Shown piece after piece: positions 53,901 through 60,571 of a stretch of 64,000 nucleotides of DNA. The stretch comes from Cyanobacteria bacterium J06626_4 (GTDB taxonomy: Bacteria > Cyanobacteriota > Cyanobacteriia > Phormidesmidales > Phormidesmidaceae), in contig JBCBJQ010000002.1 in NCBI GenBank assembly GCA_038523235.1, positions 1 to 64,000 on the forward strand, written 5' to 3'. Position 1 is the first letter of the stretch; each line of letters starts with the position of its first letter. The notes under the pieces were generated by a model, which was not told the DNA's origin, did no database searches, and saw only the letters and a list, made by a program, of their open reading frames with translations. The translations under genes were made by a program, and so were the position numbers.

Positions 53901-53919
53901 AGAGACTAACTTGAACCAT
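44965..53919 (-). CDS. Giant secreted acidic multi-module protein (Calx-beta-like repeats, PPC domains, RTX tail) (G8, 2984 aa)
   Basis: Uninterrupted ORF with GGAG upstream, repeated ~135-aa modules and the shared tail. Confidence 0.88.
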   Translation of the reverse strand: MVQVSLSTSTDFDGDLNALVEDQGTALTVRFDLDEPAPASGLKVYIDSDVEQIINRLDLPAAIANPQFENLNLFATQTNFDNSGLAVEIAGGATFATITLDIFDNPEPDTFLPETFDGLVEAVFSLVTADQIAPEDQTSITGVGDYTIAPDAATSTVFFADEASQLPGTPPPPPTNGYDEAVSGDISDDPNNPVGLALVEGTTQLSAATGGGDQEYVTVTVPDGFQLESILLEAYSQSDVSFIGVQEGATFTEPLDNSAELGEFLGYSLFGISAVGTDILDNIGNGSNGPGFGGQGFSGPLPAGTYTFAIQQLDGPSDYTLAFNTSAATVTPPPTGDLPIVSFEAIPATVSEETPDAQVVWQWTVTGDFPAEGITVNFDTLGDNDVIAFTEQFAADRESEFNDAEIVGFDEATGRLQILLSAPDGNFVLPIINDILEEGAQTFDFQLAAGEGYTVDPNQNSTLLTINDDNGGPGVGPTVGLAVSETNLAEGDPLTVTFTVEGEIPEGGVQVLVQSDVPGSLGQFDLADLGNITTTGIEGLPTVGDGGGGSFFVTLVEPTATISLNVFDDILAEDPLPITFTLANGEEYEVSPESGSAMLTITDEPSIPGPTVGITVDSTDVTEGEAVTLSFTVEGEIPEGGVTVLVNDVASAQSQLRSLTEFDVANVELSEGIAEFPSPADGDSGFFVTLTQPTASITLPVLDDGADEDEANESFTFEVIDGEAYEVDADASSVTLNISDVGDGNPPTGDLPVVSFEAIPATVSEETPDAQVVWQWTVTGDFPTEGITINFDTLGDNDVIAFTEQFAADRESEFNDAEIVGFDEATGRLQILLSAPDGNFVLPIINDILEEGSQTFDFQLAAGEGYTVDPNQNSTLLTINDDNGGPGVGPTVGLSVSESNLAEGDPLTVTFTVEGDIPADGVQVLVQSDVPGSLGQFDLADLGNISTTGIAGLPTVGDGGGGSFFVTITEPTATISLNVFDDIIEEDPLDITFSLANGEVYEVDPAAASTTLTISDEIQTTEIKPTVGISVDQTTLVEGGDAVTLTISVDGVIPGGGIPILINDLASVGNQSRSLTEFDIGNVTTTGIADFPIPADGDSGFFVTVMEPTATITLAAFDEGADEDEAMEQFTFELIDGEAYEVAPDASSVTLNIVDAADSNGDGGNGPVVSVDVIGGTFSDEDALVTPNLVESGSGTPILSIVVSADGPIPEDGLVVNINTDLADITEFISGANFVPLSFGGEVIGAIYDDSGTATGLQLRLESQNAVVNFPGVGLAATDPQTVNFFVEAGEGYTAAADMAAITVYDTLDQVPAVTSIPEVSMSLADSGPFTEGSDAVTVNFALAGDIPAEGVLVYVSNNAFAGLVDFDLLNAQVTGGSFPAPDGNAGGFYFKITEPTASLTLAVRADEAIEGLEQVPLALQTLPGYTIAEGAGEISVLLQDDASSIVQVSVEASSDVLVETEGTAAVHTFNLSAPPADGQLTVTVEAPGLTELDILDLQVENGGISAIRPGGFDLVIWGQSATVTLPVVDDGVAEGLEEIAFSVAAGDGYQIDPEAGSASFQIVDTVEQTPATDAESNDTIATAIATGLGPDNSSVSIDGAISFSFSNREVDQTEDVDMYSFAMAAGDTIRIDADSAVFDSGLDTVLRIFDADGNEVAGSDDDFAPDELFAPGRRDSYVEFTATETGNYYVGVSSFGNGFFDFFLDDDGNPTNAPYDPNVAGSGTGRSFGDYTLNLKLNEEFVPVATEIPAGTGAGPTVSLSASPATYDSDDNLTASALVQFVEDGASILTVGLTTEGDIPEDGIEVFLTSSLDLSTAFNTGAPFSPGGAEVLGAVFDDAGTPVGLRINLTSNTAVLNLNLDSPDAAPTDGVETVTFTLEPSAGYQVSDDSTFSTEIYDTLADVPVMPNVPTVGVAISEMALVESEGNLTTLTFTLDGPPPAEGVLINVDSGVRAALGEFDVFNAEITGGDFPSPNFRASGFFFRITEQTATITLAAFDETTNDQIPAEDALEGIEEFTFTVQPGVGYAIAPDASAVTVTIADNPDSVPLPSDDGDDGGDGDEMTPMEMELNDTIADANAIELPLDGSSIVIEGEIGTTRATRNLIDRSEDVDMYAFDLEAGQTLILDVDGGGTGDAGVEGSLLDNILRIFDAEGNELAIVENAGAPDEVFQANGDAYIAFTAPETGTYYAGISNLGNNFYDPNVAGSGSGWTFNDRFEPGPYRLEATLATTPTLPTVSVSLPEVVSEADDAPILTAVFAVAGEIPADGLVVAIGGDAGFLLDPANRIADNNRLFEIVPEGGITADGFGPNGELLVRLFASEVSFGLPIFDDILEEPDTDYTFTLLEGDGYLVDPDSALQTVTFTDGVPGGVGPTVSLSVDQTDLAEGDEFTVSFEVEGDIPDEGLTVFVDGPAAGLSEFNIFGDDGIDPVIDIVGLAGLPEPDNDAGGFFATLTENQASITLSVFDDGPTEGPESLTFELIDGEEYEVTSIVTYDFAWTGQIAEFSVEGQFSYDASQSYEAGIVREDDLLSLDVSFFDPDGNLLRTYTDNQDQSLYPTVNFAFDTETGEILQDGTWDVDDDVNLERNGFMLGVGNPDLRGEIGVQSGLAFWTRPSDDKLPHLHVDDWDDELEFPIGYSTHEDVSFPTLTVADLIDNGKVGETYLDQIQDRLDEFGQPVVAAVSQSGSAGQVELTINDGGEDAVFGVESGVTSVFLDLPLLESAAGLTLVGADSDSTPFSDDFQVGFAITDDTDFTFAPAPFAPLSGTIEHSGTITLGLGGAEATIGEFSIGFDPTRASDTTSGFFVADTLEDPLGLEVLFDLSAPSTAAVSGEELEISGADLLLSPELAGALGLAELAGADVGDARVDALVSLTVGGPPNPGTSTDGDDELVGTDGNDFLDGLRGDDTYTGGAGADQFVFDLAQGVDTITDFELGVDQISLGGLTSAGVKFFELGEDTLVLTNSNELLGVVQGVTNLDNTVFA
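50455..52920 (-). repeat. Intragenic tandem duplication in G8 (period 1239 bp, 413 aa)
   Basis: ACAGTGGCGGGAATCGCCTCAAAGCT at 52871 and 51632; duplicated TGDLP.VSFEAIPATVSEETPDAQVVWQW block. Confidence 0.85.
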
Positions 53920-54395
53920 GGGGAGATTACTCCGGTGTGTACTGTCGTGAAGGTCGACAAGGATTGGGGTGGCTTATGACCGGAACGCAGCAGCGATCGC
54001 CGTCCCTTGCCTAAAAATGGCTGAACCAGCTTGCCACTAATCAGACCACCATCCCAAAGCCAGACGAGTTGAACCGACTGGGCAAAGCCAAGTGGGTGGG
54101 CATGTTGGGACTAGCGAAGCCATACTCGTCGGGTGATCGCCTCTCTGCAAGAGAGTTGCCCCAGAACATCATCATCGCTAGCAACTGAGCCAATGACGCC
54201 AAGCCATTGCGCCAAAGCGCTTAAACCCGCACCCCTAACTCGCCCAGAACCTAATCTCAGGGCCATTTAGCCATCGTCGTGGCAACGAATAAAGCAGCCT
54301 GAGAGGCCGTTGTGGGATTGAGGAAATGGCGGGCTAGTGACTTACCCGGTCGGGCTTATTTGGGAACCGCTTCGTATAGTCGATTTTTGATTTCA

Positions 54396-54418
54396 TTAAT
54401 GAGACGTAATCTCATTAA
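54396..54418. promoter_or_regulatory. Palindromic operator (Fur-like core) upstream of G8
   Basis: TTAATGAGA-CGTAA-TCTCATTAA. Confidence 0.55.
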
Positions 54419-54660
54419 CCTACAGAGGGATACTACCATCCGACCTGGATTTAAACACGTCAACTTTATAAAGATAATTGAAATTAATCAGTGAATATCC
54501 GGAGGGCTCATAGCCGCTGGCCCCGATTTATTGGCCACGAAAAGCTTCTTAATAGGCGCGAAAGCAAGGAAATACTAGACTTCCGTTCAGGTTGTCAGCA
54601 GTACCTGCCACGTCAGCTTTATCAGATTTTTATACAGAAAAGTTATCAGCCAGTCGCTGC

Positions 54661-54683
54661 TTATTGAGTATCCATTTCAATAA
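54661..54683. promoter_or_regulatory. Second Fur-like palindrome upstream of G8
   Basis: TTATTGA-GTATCCATT-TCAATAA. Confidence 0.5.
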
Positions 54684-54761
54684 GCTCATGATCGTAAGGC
54701 GGCTGCCAACTTTTGCAAAATTTGCAAAAGCTAGGGCGATTGATGGCCTGGCTGCGACAGT

Positions 54762-56069
54762 CTATTCGACGGGGCGAGTTTCGATCGCATGGTCGGGCAG
54801 CAGCGTTTCCACTGAGCGTAAGGTGCGAAAGCCATAGCCCGCTAATCCCACCACTACCATTAGTGTTGCCATCAGCATGTAGAGCAGGGCAATCCCCGCC
54901 CCCGGCCCCGTGCCCACCAAAGGACCAAAAATCCCCGTGAGGGCGCCTTCTGGCTGCATCGCGGGCTCAAACACAAAATCAGCGAGGGGACCGGCGAGCA
55001 GGGGGGCGATCGCGCCAATCCCCAAGCCCACCATCTGATCAGCCGCCAGCACTCGGCCCTGTAGCGCGGGTGGCACTTTGGCATACCAAATCGCATTACT
55101 AGAGCTGTAGTAAAGCGGAATCAGCAGGGTAGCCGCAAAGTGCGCCGGTATCCAGATCCAGGCGGTTTGCCCCAGGCCCAGAACAATTTTGCATAGGCCT
55201 GTCCCGGCAAATCCCAGCAGCATCCCGTGAATCCGCTGTTTGAATCCCCCTTGCCAACTAAGGAAGAGTGCCCCTACCACGCCGCCCAGTCCTGCCGCCG
55301 TGGTGACGGCCCCCAGAACTTGTTCGCTGCCCCCCGATCGCGCCAAGATCATCGGGTTGTACAAAGCTCGCCCCATATCGCTGGGCATCGCAAAGCAAGA
55401 GAAGGCAATCATCATGGCCAACAACCCTGGAGTGCTCAGAATGTGGCGAAAGCCAAAGGTAAGGTTTGACCAGTTCACGTTAGGGGCCGTAGTCTCGACA
55501 TTGTCGTCACTTGGTTGAGGAATTTTAGCCGTCAGCAGAATCCCAAAGGCGATTAAGAACGTGCTCAGGTCGATCAAGATAATGCCTTTGAGACCGATGA
55601 TTGGGTAGAGACTACCGGCCAGAATAGGCGAAAAGATCGCGCCACTATAATTGACGGCAGCGACCATGCTTTCGGCGCGGGTGTAGTTGTCTTTTTCGAC
55701 TAAAAGCGCGATCGAGGTGGAGTATGCCAGGGTTTGCAGTTGCCCAAAGCAGCCATAGACCGCCACCGCGGTATAGAGATGCCAGATTTGCAGGTGATCG
55801 CCCCAGTACAGTAGGGCGATCGCGATCGTGCAGAGCATGGCCACGACATCGCCCAAGATCATCAACTGTTTGCGGGGCCAGCGATCGACCGCGATCCCTG
55901 CTAGAGGTGTCACCACTAAGCGCGGCAGTTGTGAAAAAAAGGTCACCAGGGCCAAACTTGTTGCGGAACCCGTGACCTCCCACACCCAAAAGATCAGGGC
56001 AAAGACAGTCATATAGCTGCCGATGGTCGAGACCAGTTGCCCCGCCCAAATTCTTAAAAAAGTCCGCAT
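54762..56069 (-). CDS. MFS transporter (MFS_3/DHA3-like)
   Basis: MRTFLRIWAGQLVSTIGS, GIAVDRWPRK, LQGRVLA; starts 4 nt after the TBDR stop. Confidence 0.9.
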   Translation of the reverse strand: MRTFLRIWAGQLVSTIGSYMTVFALIFWVWEVTGSATSLALVTFFSQLPRLVVTPLAGIAVDRWPRKQLMILGDVVAMLCTIAIALLYWGDHLQIWHLYTAVAVYGCFGQLQTLAYSTSIALLVEKDNYTRAESMVAAVNYSGAIFSPILAGSLYPIIGLKGIILIDLSTFLIAFGILLTAKIPQPSDDNVETTAPNVNWSNLTFGFRHILSTPGLLAMMIAFSCFAMPSDMGRALYNPMILARSGGSEQVLGAVTTAAGLGGVVGALFLSWQGGFKQRIHGMLLGFAGTGLCKIVLGLGQTAWIWIPAHFAATLLIPLYYSSSNAIWYAKVPPALQGRVLAADQMVGLGIGAIAPLLAGPLADFVFEPAMQPEGALTGIFGPLVGTGPGAGIALLYMLMATLMVVVGLAGYGFRTLRSVETLLPDHAIETRPVE

Positions 56070-56073
56070 GACT

Positions 56074-58935
56074 CTAAAACTCCCAACCGACAGTGCCAAA
56101 AATGGTGAAAGGGGCACCGGGTGTCACCCGAAACTGGTCGCGCGCCCCTTCGAAATAGCGGACATCAAACAGGTTTTGAAAATTGAGCTGCGCCCGAAAC
56201 TGCTCCTGGCGGTAAAAGAGGGACGCATCGGTCCGCACATAGCTCGGCAGGGTAAAGGGGGTAAACAGGTCACCATTCCGGTCCCCTTGAAAATAAACGC
56301 CGAGCCCCAAGCCCAAGCCCTCTAGCGCGCCATCCTGAATTTCGTAAGAGGTCCACACACTGGCCGCATGTTCCGGCACGTTTTGCAGCCGCAACCCTTC
56401 CGAAAACTGGTTGTCTTCGCTAATGCGGGCATCGGTGTAGGCATAGGTGGCAATGATATTCCAACCGGGGAGCAGTTCTCCCGCAATATCCAGTTCCACG
56501 CCGTCGCTTGCTTGCTCGCCCACCTGCACTTGAAACCCGGTATTGTCCGGATCTTGGGTAGCGACATTGGTGCGGCGCAACTGGTAGTAGGCCAAGGTAG
56601 CCGAGAGGCGATCGTCTAGCAAATCAGCTTTCACTCCCACCTCAAATTGATTCCCTCGCTCTGGAGCAAACACCTCCCCGTCCTGAGACTGACCAATCAC
56701 CGGATTAAAAGACTCCGTGTAGCTGGCATAGAGCGAGACGTTGTCGAACGGCTTGTAGACAATGCCCACGCGGGGGCTAAACGCCGTGTCCGAGGTTTCA
56801 ATCGGGTCGGGATTTGTCAGGTTCGCCGCATCGACAAAGAACTGATCGGCAAAGTCAATCCGCCCGCCCACCAACACAATCAGATTGTCAAAAATGTTGA
56901 GTTGCGACTGACCGTATAAGCCGATAGTGCGGCGATGGGTAACGCTGTCCGATCGCAGGGCAAAAGCAAAATCGGGATTATTTTCTGGGAAAAACCGCTG
57001 CGGATCATAATTGGGTTCAAAAATATTAAACGGTTCGACATCCGGATCGAGAAAAGGCAAGAACTGCCGCGAAAACAGCCGATCCTCCTGGGTTTCCTGA
57101 AACCACTCCACCCCGAGCAGGAGGGTTTGATCTATCCCGGCAATGGCAAAATCGCCGACGACGTTGGTGTTTAACGTGTAAGCTTCCCGGTTACTTGGGT
57201 TATCAAGCCACAGGCGATTGAGGCGATTAAAGTCGATTTGTCCCCGCGATTGAAAGAAGCCCACCCCAGCGACAAAACTGTCTTCAGCCGTATTTTGGAA
57301 AGAGGCCAAAAACTCATTTCTCACCTGCCAGGTGTCATTAATTTGGTGATCTAGCCGGTAGCTAAGGCGAGAAATATTGCTTTCCGTGCGGCTAATCTCG
57401 GGTTCACCGGAGTTGGTACGAATATCCAGCGTGCCCGCCCGAGCGATATCTTCCTCTGAGAAGGCGTCTCCTTCTAGAAATCGATCCGCGAGCGAATTGT
57501 TTTCCAGGCCGATCGCGGAAATTGCCGGTAAACCCGATGAACTCCCCGACGAGCGATTATAAAGATACTCAACATCGACAATTAAGCTGGTTTGTTCAGT
57601 GTCGATGATTTGCAGTGTGGGGGCAAAAAATAGGAATTCACTTTCCTCAAAATCAACAAAGCTGCCGCGATTTTCATAGGCCAGATTGGTGCGGTAGCTG
57701 CTGTATTCATCCAGGGGACCCGTGAAATCGAGGGCGGCGCCATAAGTCGCATAATTCCCCGCTGTCAGTTCAAAGTCATAGCGAGGAGTGCGCTGGGGCA
57801 CCTCGGTCACCAAGTTGACGGTGCCGCCCAGATTGCCGGAGCCAAATAGCACCGAAGCCGGGCCTTTTAACACTTCAATGCGGTCAATATTAGTAATGCC
57901 AGAGCCGAGGCGTAGCGTGTCGTCTCGCAGGCCATTGCGCAGAATGTTGTCGGTTTCAAATCCGCGAATAATCGGAGTCGTAGCCCGTGAGCCACTCTCT
58001 GATCGCCCGGTGAAGGCGCCACTGACATTTTGCAGCGCCTGACCCAGGCTGTCAGTCCCCTGATCTTCTAGCACTGCTTGGGGAATCACCTGAATGCCTT
58101 GCGGAATGTCGAGGATATCGGTATCCGTGCGAGTACCCGCACTGGCGGTGGGCACCTGATAGCGCGGCAGCGGAGACGCCGCTACGATGATCCGTAGGTT
58201 ATTGCCAAACTGCAGATCTTCAGCGTCAGTCGATTCTCCCGGTGGCGTGGTGGCAATATCAAGAATGAGCGATGCAGCGGCCCGCTCAAGAAAGGCATTG
58301 GGAGCGGTATCCGTCGTCGCATTCACCGTAATCTGCACGTCGGATGCCGTCACCTGCTCGATCGCAATCGAGGCGACTGAGGGCACCGGATTATCTTGTT
58401 GGAAGCGATCGCCCTCGGGCAGCGCTAACTGCGCCCTGATAATATCGACCACCAGCGTATTGCCTTCCTGAAACTGCAAGATTTCTGGGGCGGTTGGATC
58501 ACTGGTCACCAGCACCACCTGCAGGCCATCGGCGATCGGCACGAGTTGAATTTGAGTGATTTGCACCACTGGCCTTGTCGGGCTGTCTTCAGCATCCGGC
58601 AGTGTCGGAACACCCTCAGTCTCGGGTTGATCGAGCTGGCTCTGCAGATCAGTATTAGAACTGTTCTGATTATCAACCTCAGAATCATCCTGATCAGTAG
58701 GCGACAGCACCGCCTCTTCAGGTGCCTCACGATTCAGGTTCTCAGGAATCTCACCATCTGGTACCTCTAGACCCTCAGCTTCCTCAACCAGTTGGCTGGT
58801 CAGCAGCGGTGGAGTAACGGCGAGCGGGTGGAGAGGGGGCGAATCTTGAACGGTTTGAGTAAAGCCCGGCAGAGGACTGAGGAAGGGGGCGCTGCCCGCG
58901 ATCGCGAAGCTGATTAATCCAGTAACGTGATGCAT
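56074..58935 (-). CDS. TonB-dependent siderophore receptor with AMIN domain (FhuA-like)
   Basis: AMIN-like region, plug (DIPQGIQVIP...IRGF...NG...IDRIEVLKGPASVLFG...GGTVN), C-terminal NLFD.RY...WEF. Confidence 0.92.
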   Translation of the reverse strand: MHHVTGLISFAIAGSAPFLSPLPGFTQTVQDSPPLHPLAVTPPLLTSQLVEEAEGLEVPDGEIPENLNREAPEEAVLSPTDQDDSEVDNQNSSNTDLQSQLDQPETEGVPTLPDAEDSPTRPVVQITQIQLVPIADGLQVVLVTSDPTAPEILQFQEGNTLVVDIIRAQLALPEGDRFQQDNPVPSVASIAIEQVTASDVQITVNATTDTAPNAFLERAAASLILDIATTPPGESTDAEDLQFGNNLRIIVAASPLPRYQVPTASAGTRTDTDILDIPQGIQVIPQAVLEDQGTDSLGQALQNVSGAFTGRSESGSRATTPIIRGFETDNILRNGLRDDTLRLGSGITNIDRIEVLKGPASVLFGSGNLGGTVNLVTEVPQRTPRYDFELTAGNYATYGAALDFTGPLDEYSSYRTNLAYENRGSFVDFEESEFLFFAPTLQIIDTEQTSLIVDVEYLYNRSSGSSSGLPAISAIGLENNSLADRFLEGDAFSEEDIARAGTLDIRTNSGEPEISRTESNISRLSYRLDHQINDTWQVRNEFLASFQNTAEDSFVAGVGFFQSRGQIDFNRLNRLWLDNPSNREAYTLNTNVVGDFAIAGIDQTLLLGVEWFQETQEDRLFSRQFLPFLDPDVEPFNIFEPNYDPQRFFPENNPDFAFALRSDSVTHRRTIGLYGQSQLNIFDNLIVLVGGRIDFADQFFVDAANLTNPDPIETSDTAFSPRVGIVYKPFDNVSLYASYTESFNPVIGQSQDGEVFAPERGNQFEVGVKADLLDDRLSATLAYYQLRRTNVATQDPDNTGFQVQVGEQASDGVELDIAGELLPGWNIIATYAYTDARISEDNQFSEGLRLQNVPEHAASVWTSYEIQDGALEGLGLGLGVYFQGDRNGDLFTPFTLPSYVRTDASLFYRQEQFRAQLNFQNLFDVRYFEGARDQFRVTPGAPFTIFGTVGWEF

Positions 58936-59001
58936 GCAAATCCTACGGTTAGAGACGGTGGCGTCAGCGACCCCCAAGCAAGTCCGCATTCTACCGCTTA
59001 T

Positions 59002-59016
59002 TGAGAATTGAAATCA
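59002..59016. promoter_or_regulatory. Fur-like box upstream of the TBDR
   Basis: ATTGAGAATTGAAATCAAT. Confidence 0.6.
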
Positions 59017-59104
59017 ATTATGATAAACAACTCCCTGCCACCTCAAACTCTGGACCGGCTTCCCATCCATGCAAGGCAGCAGCCGAAGCCCATATTAGAA
59101 TTGC

Positions 59105-60406
59105 CTAGGGTATGGTCGGCTCTAGCTCTTCCAACAATGGGGGCGAGACTGATTCACTAGCATCCTGATCGACTGGGACATCTGAGGCTGCGGGTGCAGT
59201 CGGAGCTGGTACTAAAGGTTCGGGTGATGGTGGCTGATTGACGTCGATTTCGGTCTCTCGTGGGGCTGGGGCTGGGGTCGTCTCACCAGGCATTGCCTCG
59301 CCGTTTTCCTGGGGTCCTTCCGGGGGAATCGTCTCGCGATCGCGCCGGTCTCCATCCAAGTCTATCCCCAGGTCTTCTAGAGATTCGATCGATGCCGGGT
59401 TGGGTTCATCCTCAGCATTCAGCTCTGCCTCCGTCTCCGCAGTGGCGGGTGCAGTCTCTTCCAAAGTCGGCTCCTGTTCCTCCGCTGGTGAGGCCACCGT
59501 CCCTGGGGTCGTAACTGGCACAATGGATTGCTGCACGGGCAGCTCAATCGTTTCTCGACGACCGGCAGCAGTGGCGGCGTCAAACTGCTCCGAGCCTTCG
59601 ATCACAAAATTGACCTCTACCGAGACCTGCCCGCCCAGCCCATACGGATCTTGAAACTGCCAGTTGGCTTGGGCTTCGGCGATCGCGGCCTGATCAAAGG
59701 CGGCGTTGCCACTAGAGCGCTCAATCACAGCTTCGACGATATTGCCATCGGCATCGAAGATGACATTGATAATGGGTTGGCCTTCGATATCTTCTCGCCG
59801 TTCTGACAGCGGATAGTCAGGCGACGAGCAGGGTGCACAAGTCACCAGGCGAGCGGCTGGGGGGCTGGCCCGCGCGACTTCCGGCACAGGCTCCCGCTGT
59901 CGCACATTGGGTGGCCCGACAGGAGCGGTCGGATCGCCCTCCAGGCTACCATCGCCGCTAATCAAACCGATGGTATTGGCATTCCCGGCCGCCCCTTGCC
60001 CCCCTTCGACGCCATCTTCCGTGGCGATCGCGGACTCGGTAGCAATCGTGTCGATTGACTCAGCCGTCGGTGGCGTAGGAATCACGGACTCCGAGGTTTT
60101 GAGGGGCGGGGCGGAATCTTCTGGAGCCGATGCTGCTGGTTCGTTGTCGGTCGCCTCTGCTGACGGTGGGGGCGGTGTTACCGGAGCCTCTGGCTCGGGC
60201 ACGGCCTCATCCACCACGAAGAATTCAATGGCGTCATCGGCTAATTCCACCTCCAAGTCGCCCAGCATGCCATTCATCAGCTGCATCACCCAGGGGGCAG
60301 ATGACAGGTGCAGGCCCGTAGCAGCGATCACGGCCCCCACGATGACCCGCCGAAAGATGCGCAGTTCCCGTCGTCGTCCCTCAGCGGATGATTTGGAAAA
60401 CCCCAT
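59105..60406 (-). CDS. tonB: Energy transducer TonB with a long acidic C-terminal extension
   Basis: N-terminal TM with His (GLHLS), Pro-rich linker, PDYP...IEG......FDADG......I.RSSG.AAFD.AA.....W.F. Confidence 0.8.
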   Translation of the reverse strand: MGFSKSSAEGRRRELRIFRRVIVGAVIAATGLHLSSAPWVMQLMNGMLGDLEVELADDAIEFFVVDEAVPEPEAPVTPPPPSAEATDNEPAASAPEDSAPPLKTSESVIPTPPTAESIDTIATESAIATEDGVEGGQGAAGNANTIGLISGDGSLEGDPTAPVGPPNVRQREPVPEVARASPPAARLVTCAPCSSPDYPLSERREDIEGQPIINVIFDADGNIVEAVIERSSGNAAFDQAAIAEAQANWQFQDPYGLGGQVSVEVNFVIEGSEQFDAATAAGRRETIELPVQQSIVPVTTPGTVASPAEEQEPTLEETAPATAETEAELNAEDEPNPASIESLEDLGIDLDGDRRDRETIPPEGPQENGEAMPGETTPAPAPRETEIDVNQPPSPEPLVPAPTAPAASDVPVDQDASESVSPPLLEELEPTIP

Positions 60407-60432
60407 GGTTGATTCGCCTGCTCAAATTTTGT

Positions 60433-60447
60433 TGAGAATATTTGTCA
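60433..60447. promoter_or_regulatory. Fur-like box upstream of tonB
   Basis: TGAGAAT-A-TTTGTCA. Confidence 0.55.
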
Positions 60448-60571
60448 TCTTAGTGCAATCTACCGGAGCCGACTGAATGGGACAAGCACCCATTTCCACA
60501 TCATGCGGTCGGCGATCGCATCGGCTGCCTGCTTAATATCCTGACCTTTTTAGGGCCACCATCCAATCAGG

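Noticed and set aside
4119..53919. ATGGTTCAAGTTAGTCT inverted repeats as shufflon or invertase sites
   Set aside because: There is no recombinase in the window and inversion would not create productive fusions. The tight link to a terminator favours an RNA-level role, although DNA inversion is not formally excluded.
4184..53919. Diversity-generating retroelement behind the loop variability
   Set aside because: No reverse transcriptase and no template/variable repeat pair differing only at adenines; the loops differ by indels.
53920..54760. Riboswitch (e.g. cobalamin) in the long G8 leader
   Set aside because: I could not identify conserved riboswitch motifs by eye; an Rfam scan would be needed.
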